DNA from: Nautiliaceae bacterium
GTDB taxonomy: Bacteria; Campylobacterota; Campylobacteria; Campylobacterales; Nautiliaceae
Assembly: GCA_039831155.1 (NCBI GenBank)
Contig: JBDONT010000043.1
Location: forward strand, 240,606 to 304,605
Direction of reading: 5' to 3'
DNA length: 64,000 nt
Each line of letters opens with the position of its first letter. Position 1 is the stretch's first letter. Of this stretch, positions 19,259 to 29,611 are shown piece after piece. The notes below the pieces were generated by a model, which saw nothing but the letters and a program-made list of their open reading frames with translations, was not told the DNA's origin and did not search any database. Both the position numbers and the translations under genes were made by a program.

Positions 19259-20365
19259 ATGAGCGAGGAGATTATTAATATAGAAAGTGATTACGACACT
19301 CTAAAAGAAGAAAACAAAAAACTAAAAAAGGAAATAAACTACCTAAGACAGATAAAAGACGCCTTGGATAAAACCACAATTATCTCCAAAACGGATACAA
19401 AAGGAATTATCACCGATGTAAACCCTATGTTTGAAAAAATATCCGGATATACAAAAGATGAGCTGATAGGTAAAAATCACAACATAGTAAGACACCCCGA
19501 TATGCCGAAATCTTTATTCAAAAAACTCTGGTCTACTATAAAATCCGGAAAAATTTTTAAAGGGGTTATCAAAAACAGAAAAAAAAACGGAGATTCATAT
19601 TATGTCTTAGCAAATGTAATTCCGATAAAAGACGAAAACGGAAATATAATCGAATATATTGCAATTAGGCAAGATATTACAAAAAGAATGCTACTTTTAG
19701 AAGAAAAAGAAAAATTTACCAATTCGTTAATTAAGTATTTTTTAAATAAATTAAAAGAACCTACTTTAGTAATAAATAAAAACAGTGATATCATATCTCA
19801 AGAGCTTCAAAAAGGAAATCCTAATTTAAATATAATAAAAAAAGCAAATTTAGAAATAAAAAAAGAAGGATTAATTTTAAAAAGAAGTTATGAAGTTCTG
19901 TTTTTCATATTGAAAATTAAAAGTAAAAACATAAGATTAAATATAGAACCTCTAAAAATACCTTCCGTTTTAAAACATCTTTACAATAAATTCGCCCCCG
20001 TCTATCTTCAAAAAAAGATAAACATAAAACTTTTAAAAAAAGATTTAATAATAAATACCGACAAAACTCTTTTTACATTAATGCTTGAAATTTTACTTAT
20101 GAACGCATTAACTTACTCAAAATCAAAAGTGGAAGTAGAAGTGTTTTTAGAAAATTCAAAACCGTTTATCACTATAGACCACGACGGAGAACCTATAAAA
20201 GACCCTCAAAAAATATTTGACTTTTTTAATCAGATAAAAAATTCTCAAAACGTAGGAATGGGAATGTTTTTGGTTAAAAAAATATGCGACATACTAGGAT
20301 ACGATATAAAAATAAAAAAGACAAAAATCTTTTTGGAATTAAAAATCTTGCCTCCTAAATTTTAA
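19259..20365 (+). CDS. PAS-domain protein with degenerate histidine-kinase-like C-terminus
   Basis: Aer-type PAS (HNIVRHPDMP...LW.TI..G..F.GVIKNR); HATPase-like N box LLMNAL and GMGMFLVK; no H-box His. Confidence 0.75.
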   Translation: MSEEIINIESDYDTLKEENKKLKKEINYLRQIKDALDKTTIISKTDTKGIITDVNPMFEKISGYTKDELIGKNHNIVRHPDMPKSLFKKLWSTIKSGKIFKGVIKNRKKNGDSYYVLANVIPIKDENGNIIEYIAIRQDITKRMLLLEEKEKFTNSLIKYFLNKLKEPTLVINKNSDIISQELQKGNPNLNIIKKANLEIKKEGLILKRSYEVLFFILKIKSKNIRLNIEPLKIPSVLKHLYNKFAPVYLQKKINIKLLKKDLIINTDKTLFTLMLEILLMNALTYSKSKVEVEVFLENSKPFITIDHDGEPIKDPQKIFDFFNQIKNSQNVGMGMFLVKKICDILGYDIKIKKTKIFLELKILPPKF

Positions 20366-21486
20366 TAAAAAACGGCTATTACCGCATAGCTTAAAAAAAT
20401 CATAAGGTGAGAGAGACCTTCAAGATAGTTTGTCTCTCCGTCTTCCGTAGTTTTCCAAACAAGTAAAATGGTAAGCAATAAAGCCCCTACCTGAAGAGGA
20501 GTAAAATCCAAAGTAAGTTTAACTCCCACTAAAATAGAAAGGAAAATTAAAGCCGGTACCGTTAAAAGAATACTAACCGTACTAGCCCCCATAGCAATAT
20601 TTATAACCCTTTGCATTTCATCATTTTTAGCCGCTCTAATAGCAGTAAAAAGCTCCGGTGCAACCGTCACAAAAGCAATTAAAATTCCTACAAACCCGGC
20701 AGTCAGTCCGAAACTGTTAAAAACAACCACCCCGTCGTTTGCAAAAATTTCTGACAATCCTCCTATTACCACAAGTAAAAACGCTAAAAACAGAATATTA
20801 AAAAGATTACTTTTTTTATCGAAATAGTAATCGTCGTCTTCATCTTCTTTTATATATTTTTTTATTCTGCTTCTTTTTGTAAATTTAAAAAAGTGAACGT
20901 GAGTTCCGGTTTGAAATCTAAAAATAAAGAAATAAAACACTACAAGTAACAGTGCTATAATAAAACTAGCCTTAAATAAAGCTTCATCACTTGAATGAAG
21001 AGAAATTGTAGTCGGTACAAGAAGCATAGCAGCCGCTACAAAAAGTACGGTCGTATAACTAGCCGAAGTGTCTTCGTTATGAACCTGTTCTTTAAAGCTA
21101 AGTCCTCCCACAAAAACGGCAAGTCCTAAAAGGGCGTTTAAATCAACTATTACCGTAGCGATAATTCCGTTTTTAACCGTTTCTAAAACTTCCGGGTGAT
21201 GTTTCGCTTCCATAACAACCATAAACAAAATCAAAATTTCAACCAAAACAGCACTAAACGTTAAAATCATACTACCAAACGGCTCTCCGAATCTCTCTGC
21301 CAAAATTTCGGCTATTTCAGAAATTGTAACCGCAATACTTCCTATTCCTATCGCTGCAAAAATAGTAGCCAAAAGATGAAATCCTTGAAAATGAAAAATA
21401 ATTGCAAAAGGTATTGAAGAAAATCCGACAAAAATATCCCAATAATCCTTAAAAGTTTCTAAATATTTGTTCTGCGAATGTTCCAA
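20362..21486 (-). CDS. Ca2+/H+ (CaCA family) antiporter
   Basis: About 11 TM helices; GEPFG, APE..TA..AA, ETNYLEG motifs; acidic central loop. Confidence 0.85.
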   Translation of the reverse strand: MEHSQNKYLETFKDYWDIFVGFSSIPFAIIFHFQGFHLLATIFAAIGIGSIAVTISEIAEILAERFGEPFGSMILTFSAVLVEILILFMVVMEAKHHPEVLETVKNGIIATVIVDLNALLGLAVFVGGLSFKEQVHNEDTSASYTTVLFVAAAMLLVPTTISLHSSDEALFKASFIIALLLVVFYFFIFRFQTGTHVHFFKFTKRSRIKKYIKEDEDDDYYFDKKSNLFNILFLAFLLVVIGGLSEIFANDGVVVFNSFGLTAGFVGILIAFVTVAPELFTAIRAAKNDEMQRVINIAMGASTVSILLTVPALIFLSILVGVKLTLDFTPLQVGALLLTILLVWKTTEDGETNYLEGLSHLMIFLSYAVIAVFY

Positions 21487-21487
21487 T

Positions 21488-21973
21488 CTAACTCCTTAAA
21501 AAATGATTTGCTTTTTTTATTAAATAAACATCGCCAAAATTTTTGAAAAATCCGTGTGCTTTTTTTAAAGATGTGATTTTATCAAATTCACCCAAAAAAA
21601 TCTCTATTTTTACCCCTTTTAAATTCTTAATTTTTTCCCAATCATAAGTAAAAAGCCTTTTTAAATCCTCTTCAGTGCATTCTCCTAAAAACTTTTCATT
21701 AAAATATCCTGCTTTTTTAAAGAAATTTTCAATATACTTCTTTTTATCGTTTCTAAAAGCTTTTAAATTAATTTCTATAATCTTGGGAAAATAATCAAAA
21801 AAAGCCGGAGAGAGAAGTTGAAGTTTATCTATTCTCTTAGACGAATTTAAGACATAATCCAAAGCCTTTTGAGCACCGTAACTAAACCCGGCTACTACAA
21901 ATTCACCATCTTCCAAATAATCCTTAAAAAGAACAGATTCGTCTTTTAAACAAAACCCACTAAAATATTTCAT
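21488..21973 (-). CDS. bioV: Pimeloyl-ACP methyl ester esterase
   Basis: MKYFSGF, GFSYGA nucleophile, LLSPAFF, G..D.I, terminal H; position downstream of the FtsH-like ATPase. Confidence 0.8.
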   Translation of the reverse strand: MKYFSGFCLKDESVLFKDYLEDGEFVVAGFSYGAQKALDYVLNSSKRIDKLQLLSPAFFDYFPKIIEINLKAFRNDKKKYIENFFKKAGYFNEKFLGECTEEDLKRLFTYDWEKIKNLKGVKIEIFLGEFDKITSLKKAHGFFKNFGDVYLIKKANHFLRS

Positions 21974-23438
21974 TTTTCAATTTCTCAAAATCTTCTTTAT
22001 GAATTACCTCTTTTTCCAGCAAAACTTTATAAACCTTTTCTATTAAATTTACATTTGAACTGTAAAGAACCTTAACTTCAGAGTAAGCGTCATTTAAAAT
22101 TTTAGCAACTTCTGCATCGTTTGCGACTAAACTATCCCCCATAGCATAATCTTGAACCATTTTTATTGCAAGTTCTCTGGCTTTTTTTAAATCCAAATGA
22201 GCATTTGAGTATTTTTCGTTAAACTTCTCTTCAACCCCCACTCTTCCTGCCAAATAAACCTGAATTTTATTCATCATTTCCGTTTTTGAAACTATCTCTT
22301 TGTCTTCTTCTTTAAAATCGTCCTTTACAAGAGAAATTCTCTCAAAATCCACACTAAGCCACTCTGCAACTACAGCTTTACAAGCTTGATAGTAACTTAA
22401 TATCTCTTTTTCTTTAGGGTTATAGGTTTGAAGTCTCTTTTTACCTACCAAAACTTTATCTTTTACGGCATAAAAATCACTCTCTTCAACATAATGTTTA
22501 CCCTGTTTTAGAGCATAAATACTAGCCTCATTTACAAGACTCGCAAGTGCCGCCCCACTAAATCCCACCGTCATTTTAGCTATGTTTTCAAGGTTACCTT
22601 TAAAAGGTTTGTTTTTTAAATGCACTTTTAAAATCTCAATTCTGTCTTTTAATCCCGGAAGTTCGACATAAACTCTCCTATCAAACCTTCCCGGTCTAAG
22701 AAGAGCTTCGTCTAAAAGCTCCACTTTATTCGTAGCACCTATTACGATAACACCCTCACTTCCTTCAAATCCGTCCATTTCGGTTAACAGCTGATTAAGA
22801 GTCGATTCTCTTTCGTCGTTTCTCATATTTCCCCTAGCTTTTCCTATAGCGTCAATCTCATCTATAAAAATAATACTAGGAGCCATAGCTTTTGCTTTAG
22901 AAAACAAATCCCTAACTCTTTTAGCCCCCACACCTACATACATCTGCACAAAACTACTCCCACTCTGATAAAAAAACGGAACACCGGTTTCTCCGGCCAG
23001 GGCTTTTGCAATTAACGTTTTACCGACTCCCGGAGGTCCCACAAGAAGTACACCTTTTGGAAGATTAATTCCAAAAGCTTTATATTTTTGAGGATTTTTT
23101 AAAAAGTCCACAATCTCAACCAACTCTTCTTTAACTTCGCTAATTCCTGCCACATCTTTAAATGTTACGTTTGACGTTGTAGGTTTTATTACAAAGTCTT
23201 TATCTATCCCCGTATCCATTTGAACCTGAACTTGTTGAGGAGGAGGTGCTTTTGGTAACGATTTTCTCAAAAGCACAATCAAAAGCACAAAAAAGCCTAT
23301 TATAATCATAAAAGCGATAAGCTGGGTAACTATTGTTTTTATATCGACTTCACCATACTTAATCACTGCAGCTAAAAGTAACGATAATAAAATGGAAACG
23401 ATTACCCAAACCACAAGTGAATTTTTATTCTTCTGCAT
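21960..23438 (-). CDS. FtsH-like membrane AAA+ ATPase lacking the HEXXH protease motif
   Basis: Two TM helices; GPPGVGKT, IFIDEID, ALLRPGRFDR; YQACKA in place of HEAGHA. Confidence 0.88.
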   Translation of the reverse strand: MQKNKNSLVVWVIVSILLSLLLAAVIKYGEVDIKTIVTQLIAFMIIIGFFVLLIVLLRKSLPKAPPPQQVQVQMDTGIDKDFVIKPTTSNVTFKDVAGISEVKEELVEIVDFLKNPQKYKAFGINLPKGVLLVGPPGVGKTLIAKALAGETGVPFFYQSGSSFVQMYVGVGAKRVRDLFSKAKAMAPSIIFIDEIDAIGKARGNMRNDERESTLNQLLTEMDGFEGSEGVIVIGATNKVELLDEALLRPGRFDRRVYVELPGLKDRIEILKVHLKNKPFKGNLENIAKMTVGFSGAALASLVNEASIYALKQGKHYVEESDFYAVKDKVLVGKKRLQTYNPKEKEILSYYQACKAVVAEWLSVDFERISLVKDDFKEEDKEIVSKTEMMNKIQVYLAGRVGVEEKFNEKYSNAHLDLKKARELAIKMVQDYAMGDSLVANDAEVAKILNDAYSEVKVLYSSNVNLIEKVYKVLLEKEVIHKEDFEKLKNEIF

Positions 23439-24639
23439 AGTTTACTTCCTTTATTTCATAGTCTTTTATTTTTACCCACGCCCCTTTTAAATCCTTTTGA
23501 GATTTGATTCTCATTTTATTATAGTATTCGTCATACCCTTCGAAACAACCGTTTTTATAATTCTCCACGTGCACTAAAAGAGGATGTTTATGGCTTTTTC
23601 TAAATTCATAATTACTCTTTTTTACTATCTCTTCTATAATTTTAGCACGTTTTTTCGCTACGTCTCCTCTTACGTCCATTTTTAAAGTAGCCGACAAAGT
23701 CCCCTCCCTTGGTGTAAATCTAAATACGTGAATATGTGTTAGAGGGTATTTTCTAAAATTTTCCAAAGCCTCTTTAAAAATCTCTTCGCTCTCTCCTGGA
23801 TGTCCGACGATAAAATCGGTACCTAAAGCTATACCTTTAGAGGCCAGTTTCTCAAAAAGAGGTAGTGTGGTTGAGACTCTGTTTCTTCTTTTCATAATTC
23901 TAAGCATCTTATCGCTTGTATGCTGTAAAGCGATATGAAGATGTTTTTCTAAAATCCCGTTTTGGGTAAGTTCTATCAACCTATCGTCAATTTGAGTCGG
24001 TTCTAAAGAACCCAATCTTATTCTTTTAACCCCTCTTATATTACTCATCTTTTCTATAAGCTCGGATAAAGAAGTTCCCCTATCCTTTCCATAACTTCCC
24101 ATATTAATTCCCGTTAACACAAACTCACTAATTCCGTTTCTTGCCAAAACCTCAACCTGATTTAAAATAACATCCTCTTTTAAAGACCTTGAATGACCTC
24201 TGACTTTCGGAATAATGCAATAAGCACACTCAAAATCACACCCTTCCTGAATTTTTACAAAAGCTTTGGTTTTTGAAAAACTTGTTATTATTTTACCGTT
24301 TACAAAATCAAAATCCCCTAATTTAATCCCCTCAAAATCCAAAAACTTATCTATCTCTTCTTTATATTTATGCCCCAAAACGGCTTTTACCTTTTTTTCT
24401 TTAAAAAGTTTTTCTCCTTGAGTATAAGCTGCACAACCGGTTAAAATAATCTTTTTATCGCTATGTTTATTAATATATTGTCTTAAATCCCTATCGGCAA
24501 AATTCGTAACCGTACAAGAATTGACAATAATTAAATCGGCTTCCTTTTCATTTAAAACCACATTATCCAGTAAGTTTTTCATAATTTCACTATCGTACAA
24601 ATTACTCCTACACCCGAACGTCTTTATATAAATTTTCAT
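23425..24639 (-). CDS. mtaB: tRNA t6A37 methylthiotransferase
   Basis: TFGC..N, NSCTVT, CDFECAYC radical SAM motif, GSLEP. Confidence 0.9.
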   Translation of the reverse strand: MKIYIKTFGCRSNLYDSEIMKNLLDNVVLNEKEADLIIVNSCTVTNFADRDLRQYINKHSDKKIILTGCAAYTQGEKLFKEKKVKAVLGHKYKEEIDKFLDFEGIKLGDFDFVNGKIITSFSKTKAFVKIQEGCDFECAYCIIPKVRGHSRSLKEDVILNQVEVLARNGISEFVLTGINMGSYGKDRGTSLSELIEKMSNIRGVKRIRLGSLEPTQIDDRLIELTQNGILEKHLHIALQHTSDKMLRIMKRRNRVSTTLPLFEKLASKGIALGTDFIVGHPGESEEIFKEALENFRKYPLTHIHVFRFTPREGTLSATLKMDVRGDVAKKRAKIIEEIVKKSNYEFRKSHKHPLLVHVENYKNGCFEGYDEYYNKMRIKSQKDLKGAWVKIKDYEIKEVNYAEE

Positions 24640-24646
24640 TTCACTC

Positions 24647-27600
24647 CTATTTATGCAACAGTTTTTTTCTTAAAACATAATAAAATATCGGTAAATAAAA
24701 GAGATTTAACAACGTCCCCCACGCTAACCCGAATCCCAAAGCAATAGCTAAAGGTTGAAGAATAGCCGACTGACCGAACGGAAAAAACATCAGCGTAATT
24801 AAACCGAAAAACGTAGTAATTGAAGTTAAAAGTACCGGTCTTAATCTATGAGACGCAAATTCAAGCACTTCTTCGATATTTCTTGCCCTCTTTATAAAAT
24901 CTATCATTACAATTCCGTCATTTACCACAACTCCGGCAAGTCCCACTATGCCTATCATTCCAAGCATTGTCATATTCATACCCATAATCATATTCCCTAT
25001 AATAACCCCTAAAAACGAAAGAGGAATAACGGAAATAATCACAAACGGCAACACTGCCGAATTAAACATCAGCACAAGAACCAAGAAAATAAGTAAAACG
25101 GCAACTACCATAGCCTCTTTTAAATCTTTCATAAACTCTTTTGAAGTCTTAGCGGCTCCCCCTATTATGATAGTATATCCATCTTTTTTAAGCTTATTTA
25201 AAAGAGGATCCATTTTTTTATAAAACTCTGCCGTTGTTATAAGCTTTTTATTTAAAGTGGCATATACGGTCTTTGCTGCAATTCCGTCATATTTGTGAAT
25301 TTTTTTAAAAGATTTAATAACTATAAAATCACACACTTTATCAAGTCTTATGTAAGAGTTCGTATTAGGAATATTTACCCTAAATTCTTTCAGCTCTTTA
25401 AAAGAATCTTTGTTTTTATCTTTTAAAAGAATCTTAACGATTCCGTTTTTATCAAAACTTTTATCAAATTCGGCTTCTGCAAAAAAGCCTCTTAGTTCGT
25501 TAAAAATCCCTACTTGAGTAAATCCTAACTTCCTTCCGTAAAGGTTTATTTTCAATTTAAGTTCATCAGCCCCAAGCTCTGCATCGTCATAGATATTATA
25601 AACACCTTTAATAGTCTTTATTTTAGATTCAAGCTCTTTTACGGCTTTTATGATAGCTTCTTGAGATTTTCCACCCACACTAATTACGATATCACTTTTA
25701 ACAACCCCGGCTTGAGGTACTATTACGTTTAACTCTTTAAGCCCGGAGATTTTTATATGTTTAAAGTCGTTTTTAAACTCTTTCGCAAGTTCTTGGGCAG
25801 AGTGTATTCTTAATTGTTTTTCAATTTTTATAGGCTGAAATATAGGAGCTATGTATTTATTATAAAAATCGGTCGGTTTTTTATCGTTTAAATCCACAAA
25901 AATATGAAAATAGTTCTCTCCGACATTCGTTTCACCTTTATTGTTCATCTGCATACCAACAACAGTCGTAAACCCTTCTACGTCTTTTCCTAAATATTTT
26001 TTCAAATCTTTTTCTATTTTGGTAATAGCTTTTGCCGTTTGAGTGATAGTACAATTACTCTCAAACTTTCCGTTAACGTATATTTGACTCGCATCAAAGT
26101 CCGGGAAAAGCTGAAATTTAGAGTGTTTCATCCCAACGGCAATCAAAACCGGCACGACAACTAAAAAGAAAATTAAAGACAAATACCTAAACCTAAAGAA
26201 AAAAGCTAAAGCTTTTTTATATTTTAAAGCAAACTTTTGCCAAAAAACATCTTTTTTTGAAGGTTCTACCTTTAGTATCTCTTTAGAATGAAGCGGTAAA
26301 AACACAAAGGCCTCAAAAAGAGAACTAAATATCAAAATAGTAATCATAACCGGCAAAATTTTTATAAAAACCCCTATTTCTCCTTTGATTAAAAGCATAG
26401 GTAAAAAGGCTAAAATAGTAGTCATAGCAGCGGCGACAACCGGCCAAAAGACTTCTGCCGTTCCGTCAATTGCAGCCTCGGTTTTACTTTTACCCATTTG
26501 CATATGTCTGTAGATGTTTTCTCCCACAACTATAGCCTCATCCACAATCATTCCAAGTGCTATCAAAGCTCCTAACATCGAAAGTAAATTTAAAGAAAAA
26601 TTATAATAATCAAGTGCAATCATAGCAATGGCAAAAGATGTCGGAATTCCAAGGGTTACTACTAAAGATATTCTCCAGTTTAAAAACAGCCACATTATAA
26701 AAAACACTAAAATAAGCCCGAAAATTATATTACTAACAACCGTATTAAACCTGTTTCTAACCCATTTACTGGTATCGGTTGAGATACCGAAAGTCACTTG
26801 AGGATGTTTTTGATGATACTCTTTTAAAAGTTCTCTTATTCTTTTACTAATCGCAATAGCATCCCCTCTCTCGCCTTTTCTAACGTCAATGGTAATATTC
26901 GGAATTCCGTTATATTTTCCTATTTGAGTCGGAGTTGCGTATTTTTTTACTACTTTTGCGATATCGCAAAGCCTTAACTTTATCCCACCTACATTAATTA
27001 TCATATTTTTAAAGTCTTTAATATCCTTAGGATACATTGAGATAAAATAGTGGGTTTTTCCTTCTATTTTCCCAACCGGAAAAATAGTTGAAACTTGAGA
27101 AAGAACGTTAATTAGTTGAGATTTGTTAATTCCCAAAGCTTCTATTTTCTGGTTATCAAGTTCTATATAGATGTTTTTGTCACTATCTCCTCTTATATCG
27201 ATTTGGGTTAAATCTTTAATTTGAGAAAGCAACTTTTTTACGTTATCTGCGTGTTTTAAAAGTTCGTCTTTCTTTAAAGTATCGCTTGCGATGGAAATAA
27301 ACATCAAAGGAAACGCTTTTTTAGCTATTGTAACGCTAGGTTCGTTCATATCGCTTGGAAGGTCTTTTTTTAAATTGGAAGTTATAGTTTTAAATTCACT
27401 TAAAAGTTCCAGTTTATTTGCGTTTGGTTTTAAATTTACAGTTACGGTAAAACTTCCGTTTCTTATAACACTCTCAATCGAAGAAACTTCCTGGTAAGAT
27501 TTCAAATCATCCTCTATTTGAGTTACCGCCATTTTATCAAGAGTTTGCGGACTAGCCCCGGGATATGAACCTTGAATTAGAATTTTATCAAGGGTTGCCG

Positions 27601-27718
27601 GCGGAAAAAGCTCTTTTGCTACATTTTTATAAGCAATAAAAGAAGAGATAATAACAATCAAAAACAGTACGTGAGTAAAAACTGCATTTTTAATAAAAAA
27701 CTCTATAAATTTTTTCAT
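24647..27718 (-). CDS. RND superfamily (AcrB-like) transporter permease
   Basis: 1023 aa; GMIVDEAIVVGEN, GVVVNDGIV, RLRPVLLTS. Confidence 0.92.
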   Translation of the reverse strand: MKKFIEFFIKNAVFTHVLFLIVIISSFIAYKNVAKELFPPATLDKILIQGSYPGASPQTLDKMAVTQIEDDLKSYQEVSSIESVIRNGSFTVTVNLKPNANKLELLSEFKTITSNLKKDLPSDMNEPSVTIAKKAFPLMFISIASDTLKKDELLKHADNVKKLLSQIKDLTQIDIRGDSDKNIYIELDNQKIEALGINKSQLINVLSQVSTIFPVGKIEGKTHYFISMYPKDIKDFKNMIINVGGIKLRLCDIAKVVKKYATPTQIGKYNGIPNITIDVRKGERGDAIAISKRIRELLKEYHQKHPQVTFGISTDTSKWVRNRFNTVVSNIIFGLILVFFIMWLFLNWRISLVVTLGIPTSFAIAMIALDYYNFSLNLLSMLGALIALGMIVDEAIVVGENIYRHMQMGKSKTEAAIDGTAEVFWPVVAAAMTTILAFLPMLLIKGEIGVFIKILPVMITILIFSSLFEAFVFLPLHSKEILKVEPSKKDVFWQKFALKYKKALAFFFRFRYLSLIFFLVVVPVLIAVGMKHSKFQLFPDFDASQIYVNGKFESNCTITQTAKAITKIEKDLKKYLGKDVEGFTTVVGMQMNNKGETNVGENYFHIFVDLNDKKPTDFYNKYIAPIFQPIKIEKQLRIHSAQELAKEFKNDFKHIKISGLKELNVIVPQAGVVKSDIVISVGGKSQEAIIKAVKELESKIKTIKGVYNIYDDAELGADELKLKINLYGRKLGFTQVGIFNELRGFFAEAEFDKSFDKNGIVKILLKDKNKDSFKELKEFRVNIPNTNSYIRLDKVCDFIVIKSFKKIHKYDGIAAKTVYATLNKKLITTAEFYKKMDPLLNKLKKDGYTIIIGGAAKTSKEFMKDLKEAMVVAVLLIFLVLVLMFNSAVLPFVIISVIPLSFLGVIIGNMIMGMNMTMLGMIGIVGLAGVVVNDGIVMIDFIKRARNIEEVLEFASHRLRPVLLTSITTFFGLITLMFFPFGQSAILQPLAIALGFGLAWGTLLNLFYLPIFYYVLRKKLLHK

Positions 27719-27770
27719 CTATCCTCTTTTTTACGGGTATTTTACCAAAAATGAGTTAAATAGTAGTTAA

Positions 27771-28061
27771 TCAAAAAGAAAGCTTTTGTAGTTGATTTTT
27801 AAACTTAATCTTTTCTATTTTAGAGACAAGCAAAGAGTGTTCGGCTTTTAAAGAGTAATATTCGTTTAAAAGTTTATTAATTTGAACGGATTTTATATAA
27901 ATATGAGACGAAATGTAAATTTTAGGAAATAAAAGTACAAGCGTAACCGTAATTGCAATTATAAGATTTCTAATAACCGAAAACGATATACTGTATTCGA
28001 TTTCCCCTTCTATACTATCAAGAAGTTGTTGTTTTTCTTTTACGGTTACTCTTTCTTTCAT
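27771..28061 (-). CDS. Small bitopic membrane protein, possible divergent FtsL
   Basis: Cytoplasmic N-terminus, one TM helix, heptad coil; directly downstream of rsmH. Confidence 0.55.
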   Translation of the reverse strand: MKERVTVKEKQQLLDSIEGEIEYSISFSVIRNLIIAITVTLVLLFPKIYISSHIYIKSVQINKLLNEYYSLKAEHSLLVSKIEKIKFKNQLQKLSF

Positions 28062-28062
28062 T

Positions 28063-28983
28063 TTAAGCCTTTAAAAATTCAAACCCCCTAAGCTTTGCAC
28101 TTCTACTTCTCGGATTTCGTTTTATTTCTTCTTGTGTTGCCGTTATCGGCTTTTTAGTTAAGATTCTTCCTCTACTATTATTTCCTCCGCATTCACATTT
28201 TATAACTTCCGGAGGACATATACATTTTCTCGACCACTCTTTAAATCTGTTTTTAACGATTCTATCCTCTAAAGAATGGAACGAAATTATACCTAAAACT
28301 GTCTTTTTTTTGACTAATTTTTCAGAATTTTCCAAAATTTTTTCAAGCTCGTTTAATTCGTTGTTTACTTCAATTCTTATGGCTTGAAAAATTTTAGCCA
28401 AATCTTTTTTACTTTTTATACCTATGCTCCCTAATATATCGGTAAGTTCTTTATTTGACTTTATAGGTCTTTTTGACATTATAGCTTTTACGACTTTTTT
28501 ACTTTTCTTACATTCTCCATACTCTTTAATAATTCTCTCCAAATCTTCTTTCGAATAGAAGTTTAATACCTCTCTTGCACTAAGTTCTTGATTTTTATTC
28601 ATTCTCATATCAAGCTCTTCACTATCGAAAGTAAAACCCCTTTCTTTATTATCAAGCTGATAACTGCTAACCCCTATATCAGCTAAAATTCCACTAATAT
28701 TTAAATTTTTTTCTTTCAACTCCTCTAAAGCTTCACTTGCCCTTTTATTAATAAACATAATCCTGTCTTTAAATTTTGAGAGTCTTTTCTTAGCAAATTC
28801 CATAGCTTCTTTATCTTGGTCTATTCCTATCAATTTTATATTTTTAAAGTTTTCCAAAATAGCCTCGCTATGCCCCCCGAATCCTAACGTACAATCTATA
28901 AAATAACCCTCGTCAATCATATAAGTTTTATAAAGATTAACGGTTTCGTTTAACAAAACCGGAATATGTGGTATATTTATCAT
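28063..28983 (-). CDS. rsmH: 16S rRNA m4C1402 methyltransferase
   Basis: HIPVLL, DCTLGFGGHS, DIGVSSYQLD, ISFHSLEDR, NPRSRSAKLR; start at ATG 28983. Confidence 0.96.
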   Translation of the reverse strand: MINIPHIPVLLNETVNLYKTYMIDEGYFIDCTLGFGGHSEAILENFKNIKLIGIDQDKEAMEFAKKRLSKFKDRIMFINKRASEALEELKEKNLNISGILADIGVSSYQLDNKERGFTFDSEELDMRMNKNQELSAREVLNFYSKEDLERIIKEYGECKKSKKVVKAIMSKRPIKSNKELTDILGSIGIKSKKDLAKIFQAIRIEVNNELNELEKILENSEKLVKKKTVLGIISFHSLEDRIVKNRFKEWSRKCICPPEVIKCECGGNNSRGRILTKKPITATQEEIKRNPRSRSAKLRGFEFLKA

Positions 28984-29041
28984 AATTTTTCTCCATTTTT
29001 TTGAACTTCTTGATATAATTGTATCAAAAAAGGGGCTTTTA

Positions 29042-29602
29042 TTGGTTATCAAAACAATTAAAGACGAATATAAATTAACCGCTCAACTGTTATATGAAAA
29101 AAATATGTTAAATTTAGCGGTAGGTAGCATCTCTTTAAAAATAGAAAACGATAAAATGATTATAAACAACCAAAATAAATCGGTATATGAAGAAGATTTT
29201 TGTAAAATAGTGCATATTAATAAAAAAGATTTATCATGGAAAGAAACATCAAACGATATCGAAATACACGCAAGAATTTATAAAGACATCTCTTATGCCA
29301 AAACCGTTTTAAACGTGTTTCCTTTAAATATTATCACTTACTCATTGCAACATACTATGTTCAAACCCATTGATTATCAAGGTCAGCAAATCATAGACAA
29401 AGTAAAAATAATAGAAATAGGAGATATACAAAAGTGGGAGGAGAATAAAGAATTTATAATTACCAATCACCTAAAAGAAAAAAACATCGTAATAATAAGA
29501 GGTTTTGGAGTCTTTATCATAGCAAGAGATATAAAAGAAGCGATAAAAAAAGCCATTATTTTGGAAAATTCGGCTACAATACTTTTAAACAATCAACATT
29601 AA
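29042..29602 (+). CDS. Class II aldolase/adducin-like protein (degenerate metal site)
   Basis: GSISLK, S.D..IHARIY, IRGFGV. Confidence 0.7.
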   Translation: MVIKTIKDEYKLTAQLLYEKNMLNLAVGSISLKIENDKMIINNQNKSVYEEDFCKIVHINKKDLSWKETSNDIEIHARIYKDISYAKTVLNVFPLNIITYSLQHTMFKPIDYQGQQIIDKVKIIEIGDIQKWEENKEFIITNHLKEKNIVIIRGFGVFIIARDIKEAIKKAIILENSATILLNNQH

Positions 29603-29611
29603 AGGAAAAAA

